DNA of 64,000 bases, from contig JAPYUM010000001.1 in the NCBI GenBank assembly GCA_029940535.1, positions 3,480 to 67,479 of the forward strand, written 5' to 3'. Below are positions 47,367 through 55,204 of the stretch, piece by piece; positions within the stretch are counted from its first letter, which is position 1, and every line of letters begins with the position of its first letter. This DNA comes from Vicinamibacterales bacterium. GTDB taxonomy: Bacteria; Acidobacteriota; Vicinamibacteria; Vicinamibacterales; UBA8438. Position numbers and translations under genes: made by a program. Below the pieces are notes generated by a model. The model was given only the letters and a program-made list of their open reading frames with translations. It made no database searches and was not told the origin of the DNA.

Positions 47367-50300
47367 ATGCGTTTGCAGAATCTCGAAATTTCCGGGTTCA
47401 AGAGCTTCCCAGAGCGGGCTAATCTCGCTTTCGACGACGGAGTGACCGCCATCGTTGGTCCCAACGGGTGCGGCAAGAGCAACGTCATTGACGCCATCAC
47501 GTGGGTGCTCGGCGAACAAAGCGCCAAGAGCCTCCGTGGCGAGCGGATGGAGGACGTGATCTTCAGCGGGAGCGACGCACGCAAGGCCACCGGCACCGCG
47601 GAGGTGAAGCTCTTTCTGGCCCGCGTGACCGCCGCCCCCGGCTCTGTGGGGGGCGTGGACCCGGCGTTGGCGTCTGGCCGAGACGCGGGATCGGGCGACA
47701 CCGGCGTTTCGTCGGTATCCAAGACCGACGGCGTCGACCTGGACGATCTTCTGCCGCTGATCACGCGCGATGTCGAAGTTGGCCGACGGCTGTATCGTTC
47801 CGGAGAGAGCGAATATCTGATCGACGGGCGCGTGTGCCGCCTTCGCGATATCCAGGATCTGCTGATGGATTCGGGGGTCGGCGTCAAGGCATACGCGGTC
47901 ATCGAGCAGGGGAAGATCGGTCAGATTCTTGGCGCGCGGCCGACCGAGCGTCGCCAGTTGCTCGAAGAAGCGGCCGGGGTGACGAAATACAAGAGCCGAC
48001 GACGGTCGGCCGAGTTGAAGCTCGACTCCGCCAGGCAGAACCTGACCCGCGTCGACGACGTTATCTACGAGGTCGAGAAGCAGCGGCGAGCGCTGAAACG
48101 CCAGGCCGCGAAGGCTCGTCGGTATCGGCGGTTGCGTGACGACTTGCGGCGGTGGGAGACCGTCGGGTTCGCCAGACGGTACGACGTGCTGCGTGACGCG
48201 ATCGCGTTGGCGCGACAGACTCTCGACGCGGCGCGTGAGCGTGAAGAGGCCGCCGTCGCGCAGTTGGCGCTCGTCGAAGGGGACCGCGAGCGCTACCAGA
48301 TCGAGGTAACGGAGGCAGAGAGCGGGGCGAAGCAGGCGCGGGACGCCGCCCATGCGCGAGAGCTCGCGGTGGAGCGCCGACAGCAGCAGATCACATTCGA
48401 CACGCAGCAGATTGAGGCCCTGGCCGGCACCTTGGCGGATCTGGCGCGGGACGTGTCGGACCTCGAGGCGAGACAGGAGCCCGCGCGCGCCGAGTTGGAC
48501 GCACAAGTCGCTGACGCTGAGCGGTGTGGCACCGAGCGGGATGAGCTTGGCGCCACGTTGCAGAGCCGAGAAGAGGCGTTGGTCAACGCGCAGCACGCCC
48601 TCGACGGGCTCGAGAACGAGGTGGAGACGGCGCGTGCGGAGGTCTTTGCCGCCATCAGCGCGGCGACGGCGCTGCGGCACGCGGTGGAGCACGCGGCGGT
48701 ATCTCAGACGCGGTTGGTTGAGACCGTGTCGAAGCTGGATGCTGAAGCCGCCGACCTCGATGTCGAAACCCAGACACTGGGAGCCGGGCGGGAGCGGAGT
48801 CGAGCGGCAGAGCAGGCGACCCGGGCGGCGCTGGAGGAGGCGCGCAACACCTGCGCCGATCGAGACGCCGAGTTGTCGTCGCTCCGGATCGAGCGGGAAT
48901 CACGAGCTCGGGAGCTGCGAGAGCAGGAACAACGGTTGGCCGAGTTGACCGGGCGGCTGACGTCACTGCGCGATCTGCAAGCCGCGCGCACCGGATATTC
49001 TGACGCTGCGCGTTTGCTGCTGTCGGCGCCAGATTCGGGTATCCGTCATTGGGGAGCGGTTGCCGATCACCTCGAGGTGGAGCCTGGCCGCGAGAAGGCA
49101 GTCGAGGCGTGTCTGGGCGACCTCCTGCAATACGTGGTGGTGCCGACACGTGCGGAGGCCGAAGCAGGGTTGGCGTTCGTGCGCCGCCACGGAGCTGGTC
49201 GCGTCGGGTTCCTCATCGTCGAGGGCCAGCACGGCGAGGCGTCGCCCACCATCTCGGTGGACGAGGCGCTGGTGTCCGTGGCGGGAGTGGTGCGAGTGGA
49301 CAGCGACCAGGCGATCGCGGTTCGGGCCGAGCTCCAGGACCGGTGGCTCGCGGGATCCTACGATGACGCCGCGCGCGCGGCCGGTCAGACTACGGCGCAG
49401 ATTGCGACGCCCGACGGCGACGTGTTTCACGGCACGGCCCTCGTCAGTGGTGGCGCCAAGGGCGAGGGTCTTGGCATCCTGGCGACCAAGGGCGAGATCA
49501 AGGAGCTCGAACAACGTACCGCCGCGGAGCAGGCGTTGGTCCAGCGGCTGACTGGCGAGATTGGCGAGCTGGATGTGGCCGCTCAACGGGCCGAGATGGC
49601 TCTGGACGAGCTGCGGCTTGAGCAACACCAGCAGGAAAAGGCGATGCTGGGCCACGAGCTGCAGCTGGCGTCCCTCGACGAGGAGGAGGCGCGCCTGGGG
49701 CAGAAGCGAGACCTCGTCGCCACAGAGCGCCGGTCCGCCGATGAGGAGCTGGCCGCACTCGAGGTTCGGCGGACCGAAGCACAGGCGTCGATCGTGCGTC
49801 TCGAAGAAGAGCACCGCGACGCCGACGAGCGGCTCATCGCATCCCGGCGTGGGGTCATGGATGCCCGCGAGTCGATCGAGCACTTGAGTCGCGACGCAAC
49901 GGAAGCGAAGGCGGCCCACGCGGGGTTGATCGAACGAGCCTCTGGACTCGAGGCGAGCGCACGGCGGCTCGAGCTGGCGAGTCAGGAGCTCGCCACCCGG
50001 TTCACCAGCCGCCAGGGCGACCACGCTCGGACCCGGACCGGGCGCGATGCGCTCATCACCGCGGTCGCGGCGTCGACCCAACAGCTCGATGCAGATGTGA
50101 CGGGATTGGCTGCCTTGCGGCGGGACGTGCTCGAGGCGGACGATACCGTGCAACGGCTGCGCACCGACTTCGAGAAGGCCGAGACTGAGGTCCGGGTCGC
50201 GCGAGTGGCCCACGAAGCGGTTCGCGACGAGGTGTCGGAGTTGGACCTCGGTCGGGCGTCCGCTGAGGGGAATCTGACGCACCTGGAAGAGACCTGCCGC

Positions 50301-51170
50301 GACACGCTGCAGCTCACGCTCGACGAGGTGACCCTCCACCTGACGGAGCTCCAGCGTGACGGCGGGTTCGACCCCGACCACGAGTTGCTGTCACACGCGG
50401 CGCCGCGGGCCGAGACAGACGAGCCTGACGAGGACGATGAGGCCGAGTCCACCGGCCGCGTCGATGAGGAGCGCCACGACGACACGGCCGATGCCGGCTC
50501 AGACCAGGATTCGTCGGCGGTCGCACCGATGACGGTTGACCAGATGGTGTCGGCCTTGCGGGCCAAGATCGACCGGCTCGGTCCCGTGAACATGATGGCG
50601 ATCGAGGAGTTCGACGATCTTGACGAACGGTATGAGTTCCTGACCACACAGCGCCGGGATCTCGAAGAGTCGATCAAGGCGACAGGCGACGCCATTTCAC
50701 GGATGAACCGGACGACGCGCGAGCGATTTCGCGAGGCGTTCGCCGCGATCAACGCGCATTTCCAAACGACGTTCGCGACGTTGTTTGGGGGGGGACGGGC
50801 TGGACTCGTGTTGCTCGACGAGACGGACCTGCTCGAGAGTGGGATCGATATCATCGCGCAACCACCTGGAAAGCGGCTGCAGAGCATCCAGTTGCTGTCT
50901 GGCGGCGAGAAAGCGCTGACGGCGATGGCGCTGATGTTCGCCATTTTCAAGTACAAGCCGAGTCCGTTCTGCCTCCTCGACGAGATCGACGCGCCGCTCG
51001 ACGAGGCGAATATCGGACGGTTCGTCGAGATGTTGCGCGCCATGCAGTCCGACACGCAGTTTATTCTCGTGACGCACAATCGGAAGACGATGGAGATCGC
51101 CGACCGGCTCTACGGGGTGACGATGGAAGAGCCCGGCGTGTCGAAGCTGATCTCCGTGCAGCTGGGGTAG
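47367..51170 (+). CDS. smc: Chromosome partition protein SMC
   Basis: 1267 aa with N-terminal Walker A GPNGCGKSN, long coiled coils, a hinge, and C-terminal LSGGEKALTAMAL plus Walker B CLLDEIDAPLD. Confidence 0.95.
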   Translation: MRLQNLEISGFKSFPERANLAFDDGVTAIVGPNGCGKSNVIDAITWVLGEQSAKSLRGERMEDVIFSGSDARKATGTAEVKLFLARVTAAPGSVGGVDPALASGRDAGSGDTGVSSVSKTDGVDLDDLLPLITRDVEVGRRLYRSGESEYLIDGRVCRLRDIQDLLMDSGVGVKAYAVIEQGKIGQILGARPTERRQLLEEAAGVTKYKSRRRSAELKLDSARQNLTRVDDVIYEVEKQRRALKRQAAKARRYRRLRDDLRRWETVGFARRYDVLRDAIALARQTLDAAREREEAAVAQLALVEGDRERYQIEVTEAESGAKQARDAAHARELAVERRQQQITFDTQQIEALAGTLADLARDVSDLEARQEPARAELDAQVADAERCGTERDELGATLQSREEALVNAQHALDGLENEVETARAEVFAAISAATALRHAVEHAAVSQTRLVETVSKLDAEAADLDVETQTLGAGRERSRAAEQATRAALEEARNTCADRDAELSSLRIERESRARELREQEQRLAELTGRLTSLRDLQAARTGYSDAARLLLSAPDSGIRHWGAVADHLEVEPGREKAVEACLGDLLQYVVVPTRAEAEAGLAFVRRHGAGRVGFLIVEGQHGEASPTISVDEALVSVAGVVRVDSDQAIAVRAELQDRWLAGSYDDAARAAGQTTAQIATPDGDVFHGTALVSGGAKGEGLGILATKGEIKELEQRTAAEQALVQRLTGEIGELDVAAQRAEMALDELRLEQHQQEKAMLGHELQLASLDEEEARLGQKRDLVATERRSADEELAALEVRRTEAQASIVRLEEEHRDADERLIASRRGVMDARESIEHLSRDATEAKAAHAGLIERASGLEASARRLELASQELATRFTSRQGDHARTRTGRDALITAVAASTQQLDADVTGLAALRRDVLEADDTVQRLRTDFEKAETEVRVARVAHEAVRDEVSELDLGRASAEGNLTHLEETCRDTLQLTLDEVTLHLTELQRDGGFDPDHELLSHAAPRAETDEPDEDDEAESTGRVDEERHDDTADAGSDQDSSAVAPMTVDQMVSALRAKIDRLGPVNMMAIEEFDDLDERYEFLTTQRRDLEESIKATGDAISRMNRTTRERFREAFAAINAHFQTTFATLFGGGRAGLVLLDETDLLESGIDIIAQPPGKRLQSIQLLSGGEKALTAMALMFAIFKYKPSPFCLLDEIDAPLDEANIGRFVEMLRAMQSDTQFILVTHNRKTMEIADRLYGVTMEEPGVSKLISVQLG

Positions 51171-51291
51171 TCGCCCATGCACCCCTGAACAATGAGACCG
51201 GTGACTTCATACGGACCGGTCGTCGTACCAGCGTCTAGGGCCATACGGTCCGTCCGCGTTCAGTCATGCCGCCTTCGCCAATCCTAAGGAC

Positions 51292-51602
51292 GGATTAGAA
51301 CGCCCCTGGGGGCTCGGGCGCCCCTGTGCCGTACGGGCCTACATTGCTAGATTGAGGGGGGACGTCAAATAACCGAGCTTTATCAAAGCGGTAAGGCATC
51401 TTAATAGCACCTGATAGGGGCGATGTTATTGATGCTTATGGCCACTCACCGACCGTCGCGGCTTTTTCGATGGCAGCTTGGCGGGCATAAGGAAGCACTA
51501 AAGCCGCGTTTGATTTAATTGCTGTGGCGCTCAGGCTGGGTCCGATAGTGGGTATTATGATAACCGGCACAGGGGTGACCAGAGCCCCGGGGCGCCCTAA
51601 TC
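51292..51602. other. 311-bp non-coding element bounded by about 38-bp imperfect inverted repeats (candidate MITE or structured RNA)
   Basis: The arm at 51292-51330 pairs with the arm at 51565-51602 (roughly 32 of 38 positions). The interior is about 234 nt, lower in GC, has no ORF of 60 aa or more, and contains local hairpins (e.g. cgcggcttt 51456 / aaagccgcg 51500). Confidence 0.4.
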
Positions 51603-51726
51603 GCCTATAGACAACATTAGAGCCCCCCGACGCCTTAACGCCCCCTGAACAGAGGTTCGGGGCGGCGATGTAACGCCGCCGGAGGGGGTGGCAGCACCGC
51701 GGTCACGAGCAGTGACGTCCATCCAG
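51603..51726 (+). repeat. Direct repeat DR1 (124 bp)
   Basis: Near-identical to 52745-52867, with 3 substitutions and a 1-nt indel by eye. Confidence 0.85.
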
Positions 51727-51777
51727 GCTCACGGATCACTGTGAAAGCGGATCTTGGGCAGCCAACCGTGACGCGCT

Positions 51778-52590
51778 TTAGCGTCGTCCGAAGCGCTGAT
51801 AAAGATCCGGACACATTTGGCAGTTGAGTTGGCCTTCATGCCGGTCGGTGGTTGTTATCCCTGTCCGAGATCTGCAGGCAGGCGATCCATAATGGTCGTT
51901 GTTTCCTTCGTTCCCGAATGGATGCAGAAACTCGTGAACGACCGTGCAGGCGTTGTAGTAATCACTCTCCATGTAGAGGTCATTGAGGGCGGTAGAACAT
52001 ACCCACCGGTCACCTCGCTGCACGCAGGGCGTTTCGGGACTGTTAAAGCATTCTCCATCGATAGACACATCGCTTACATGATTGCCACTGTCGTTATAGC
52101 CACATCTCGCATACGTATGGTTCCAATGAACGGCAGCCACGTAGACTCTGTTATCGCCCACCGCTGGAGAAGGGTACTTGTTCACGAAGCCATCCGGCCC
52201 AGGAAGAGTCATTGAATAGCCACCGAACATTGTAGCAGTTGCATCTTCCGTGAGTACAAGAACGCCATCTGGAGATGTCTCTGCCGTTTTGTCTTGGAGG
52301 TGTGTTTGGGTTTTCCCACTCACAGAACCTCCCAGCGACCCGATGATTTCTCCGATAACCATACTCTCCCCGGTCTTCTGGTTCAGGATCGTGCTCGCCC
52401 GCGAGACCACCCGTTGGATATCACTGGATGACATCCCTTGGCCCGAAGTCAGGACATTCACCTGGAATCCGTTCTCAACAAGTGGCGGAGTTGTCGTTGG
52501 AGCACTTGGTGACGAATTACTGCACTGCCACACTAGTACAACGGTCACTACAACTATGCCCAGTCGATAGGACGATTGTGAGATTCTCAT
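51778..52590 (-). CDS. Secreted/lipoprotein-like Cys-rich protein with HExxH motif (putative zinc metallopeptidase)
   Basis: 270 aa. N-terminal hydrophobic signal ending VLVWQC, HEFLHPFG motif, and 8 Cys in the last 120 aa. About 50% GC, versus about 66-70% in flanking genes. Confidence 0.6.
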   Translation of the reverse strand: MRISQSSYRLGIVVVTVVLVWQCSNSSPSAPTTTPPLVENGFQVNVLTSGQGMSSSDIQRVVSRASTILNQKTGESMVIGEIIGSLGGSVSGKTQTHLQDKTAETSPDGVLVLTEDATATMFGGYSMTLPGPDGFVNKYPSPAVGDNRVYVAAVHWNHTYARCGYNDSGNHVSDVSIDGECFNSPETPCVQRGDRWVCSTALNDLYMESDYYNACTVVHEFLHPFGNEGNNDHYGSPACRSRTGITTTDRHEGQLNCQMCPDLYQRFGRR

Positions 52591-52744
52591 CTCTTTACCC
52601 CTAGAGGATTTGATGCCTGTGGATGTCGATTGTCCATCGCCTTCATCGCCATAGCGATGTCGGATACAAATACAAACAAGAGGAACGTGGCGAAGCGCGA
52701 CGTAGCCATGTCTGGCCTAGACTAGCGTGGGGAGGCGGGCGGTT

Positions 52745-52867
52745 GCCTATAGACAACATTAGAGCCCCCAGACGCCTTAACGCCCCCTGAACAGAGGTTC
52801 GGCGCGGCGATGTAACGCCGCCGGAGGGGGGGCAGCACCGCGGTCACGAGCAGTGACGTCCATCCAG
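52745..52867 (+). repeat. Direct repeat DR2 (123 bp)
   Basis: Second copy of DR1, in the same orientation, on the other side of the HExxH gene. Confidence 0.85.
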
Positions 52868-52902
52868 ACGTTGACATCTTCATCGGATACGCGCACACGG
52901 CG

Positions 52903-53178
52903 TCAGTCGGGCCGCCCCAGTGCGATCAATGCGGGCGGATCGCCGCCGACCGTCAGTCCGATGTACTGCTTGCCATCGAGTAGATAGGTCATGGGGTTGC
53001 TGACCCCCGCGCCAGGCAAGTCGAGCGATCCCAGCTCCTCGCCCGTCGCCTTGTCGTACGCCACGAGCCGCGGCCCGCCGTCGGTGCCTCCGGCCGTCAA
53101 GCTGTAGAGCAGCAGCGTCTTGGTGACCAGCGGGCCATTGCGCGTCGCATCGCCGCCCAGCGGCCGGGTTCGGCCGCA
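52903..53178 (-). pseudogene. 3'-terminal remnant of a PQQ-dependent dehydrogenase (last beta-propeller blades only)
   Basis: The frame is open only from the stop at 53179-53181. The peptide ...GPLVTKTLLLYSLTAGGTDGGPRLVAYDKATGEELGSLDLPGAGVSNPMTYLLDGKQYIGLTVGG matches the C-terminal end of quinoprotein dehydrogenases. No N-terminal 500+ aa is present. Confidence 0.5.
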
Positions 53179-53454
53179 TCAGGAACGCGGACCGGGGGTC
53201 ATTTCTGACGGTCACGGGTCTTGGCACCGTTTGTGGGCCGGTCTTTCGTGCCCAAAAGGGGGTTTCGGGCCAACCTGGCGGTGCTGGCAGGAACGCGGCT
53301 CTGGGGGCAACTTTGGGGGCAACTCATGACAACATATGATGGAGTCTAATTAGAATCAGCTATTTACAGCCATGATGTGGCTGACGAACCGCTACCATTC
53401 TAGGCATCGTCAACTCGTCGATCGCGCGATCGTTCGGCTCACGCCAACTCGGAG

Positions 53455-53875
53455 GGCCGCTCGGAGTCGCCGACGGTCCTCGGCGCGCTCAGAGATCTTG
53501 GGCCCAAGGTCACGTTGCTTGAAGGGTCGATGGCTCCCCCTGAATCATTCGGTGCTACGCCGGGGCGATATCGGTCTGTTGCCATACGACCCGGTCGGCT
53601 ACCGCCGCCGCGGGTCTGCCGTCTTCCATGAAGTCGAAGAACTGGGGATTCCCATTGTCGCGCCCGGCGGTGCGGGTTTCGCGGCGGACGCCATCTCAGA
53701 GGGACACTGCCTCGGCTTCGACCGGTTCTCTCCGTCGAGCATCTCAGCCACCGTGCTCGACGCGATCGCCCGTTTCGATGACTTGACCTCGGCGGCGACA
53801 CGGAGTGACCGTGCCGACCACCGCGAGCGCGGCAATCGAGACGAGTGCGATCACCCAGGTGCGTTTGCGCGATGA
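53455..53875 (+). pseudogene. Frameshifted C-terminal fragment of a GT-B (family 1/4-like) glycosyltransferase
   Basis: GDIGLLPYDP...GSAVFHEVEELGIPIVAPGGAGFAADAISEGHCLGF resembles the GT1 C-terminal sugar-donor domain. The upstream continuation (LRDLGPKVTLLEG) is in another frame, and there is no N-terminal domain. Confidence 0.4.
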
Positions 53876-53945
53876 CTGTTTCGACATAGGTGTCGGACCC
53901 CATCAGATCGGACGGGAACGACACCGGCGAAGTTCCCCAGTGATG

Positions 53946-55133
53946 CTACTCGCGGCGGTAGCCGTTCTTCTTCAGGCGTTTGGCGAGATTCGCACCCCGC
54001 TTATCTCGTCCATCGGCGCAGAAGGTATGTGCCTGGTCGTAGTGCCGTCGCGCCTCCTCGCGGTCACTCGCCAGATCGGCCAGCATGCCGAGTTCGAGAT
54101 GGGCTCGCCCGGTGACCCACAGCCGTGCGTGCAGGTCGAGCACGACGAGCAGATCGCGGCGCGCCGCCGCGTTACGCTTGAGTTCGAGCCGGGTCTTACC
54201 CCGCAGGTAACGCCAGAGCGCCTCCTCGCCCTGCATACGCACCCGCTCGTCTGCCTCCAGCATCGAGAACCCCTCACGGAGCGCGCTTGCCGCCAGTGCC
54301 GGCCGGTCGTCCCGAAGCGCCGTCGCGGCTGACTCCAACCAGACGACGCGATTGCGTGGATATCGTCTTTTCAAGCCACGAATCACCTGCTGGGCGGCGG
54401 CGTAATCTCTCTCCCGGTTGTACAGGAGCACCAGTCCGAACTCTGCTTCGGTCCGGGCCTCGCCCTCGTGCGAAGCGGCCTCTCGGATCAGCCGGAGTCC
54501 TTCTTCCCTGCCACCTCCGAACCCGACCATCCGCGCCATCAGTCGGATCGGTAGCGGGAGGGTCGACACCAGATACCGATAGGTGCCAATGATCAGCATG
54601 GCGTCCTTGCGAGTCGGATCGAGCTCGAGGACCCGTTCGTGAGCGGCATACGCCAGTTTGGCCGGCTTGAGCGCACCCATGGTCTCGCCCCTGATCGTCG
54701 CGCGGTAGGACGCGGCCAGCCCCAGCGAAGCGCCGAGTTGGTAGTGCGCGTCCGGGCTGTCGGCGTCTGCCTTCACCATCGCTTCCGACAACTCGATGGC
54801 CCGGGCCGAGTGTTCGGCGAAGGTGGCGGCCAGCTCGGCCGGCGGCTCTGGGAGGTCGACGTTCTTTGGCGTGAGGCCGACGAAGTAGTCGTCAACGGTC
54901 ATCGTGCCGCGCAAGAACATGACCCGCATCCAGGTCGCGGCGGCGAGCCCGCGATGGGTCGCAGGGTTGTGTGGTTCGGCCGCGACGGTCGCTTCGAACG
55001 CCCCGACCGCCGCGTCGTAGTCGAGGTTGTAGGCGAACTCGTAGGCGCGAGACAGGTCTTCGGCGATGTCGCCGGCGTTGGCGGTGCCGGCCGAGAGCAC
55101 GAGCGCGGCGCCTATCAGGAATCGTCGAGCCAT
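53946..55133 (-). CDS. Secreted TPR-repeat protein
   Basis: Start at M6 (MARRFLIGAALVLSAGTANA signal peptide), followed by multiple TPR-like helical repeats. Confidence 0.75.
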   Translation of the reverse strand: MARRFLIGAALVLSAGTANAGDIAEDLSRAYEFAYNLDYDAAVGAFEATVAAEPHNPATHRGLAAATWMRVMFLRGTMTVDDYFVGLTPKNVDLPEPPAELAATFAEHSARAIELSEAMVKADADSPDAHYQLGASLGLAASYRATIRGETMGALKPAKLAYAAHERVLELDPTRKDAMLIIGTYRYLVSTLPLPIRLMARMVGFGGGREEGLRLIREAASHEGEARTEAEFGLVLLYNRERDYAAAQQVIRGLKRRYPRNRVVWLESAATALRDDRPALAASALREGFSMLEADERVRMQGEEALWRYLRGKTRLELKRNAAARRDLLVVLDLHARLWVTGRAHLELGMLADLASDREEARRHYDQAHTFCADGRDKRGANLAKRLKKNGYRRE

Positions 55134-55204
55134 GCAGTCCCCTATCATAGCGGAGGATCCTGGTCGTCCGGCCGCTGGCGTCGCCAGGCTGGGCGTGTCT
55201 GTTC

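Noticed and set aside
46262-51079. Series of long minus-strand ORFs (46262-47902, 47151-48692, 48963-50381, 49982-51079)
   Set aside because: All lie antisense to the S41 protease and smc genes, and their composition is dominated by Arg/Ala/Ser/Pro. They are not independent genes.
51292-51602. Tn3-family 38-bp terminal inverted repeats, or a retron msr-msd
   Set aside because: The arms do not start with GGGG or end with TAAG in the orientation required for an element lying between them. No transposase, resolvase or reverse transcriptase is adjacent.
51639-51690. Hammerhead or twister self-cleaving ribozyme in the three-way junction
   Set aside because: The hammerhead core (CUGANGA plus GAAA) is absent; the sequence reads CUGAACA and the junction strands are GG. 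Resemblance to twister (UAAC...AGGGGG) is only superficial, and I cannot place the conserved AAGC/GCC elements or the pseudoknots.
51603-51726. Integron attC interpretation of the 124-bp direct repeats
   Set aside because: The length and ORF-repeat layout are reminiscent of chromosomal cassette arrays. However, I found no terminal R''(RYYYAAC)/R'(GTTRRRY) pair that is mutually complementary. The two ends of the repeat are not inverted copies of each other on either strand, and no intI gene is in the window.
51603-52867. Diversity-generating retroelement (TR/VR pair)
   Set aside because: The differences between the repeats are not adenine-specific, neither repeat lies inside a coding region, and no reverse transcriptase is nearby.
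51171-53945. tRNA or tmRNA gene as the integration target for the islet
   Set aside because: No cloverleaf-compatible sequence or GTTCGAATC-type T-loop was seen by eye at either boundary. This was not checked with tRNAscan, so it remains a weak negative.
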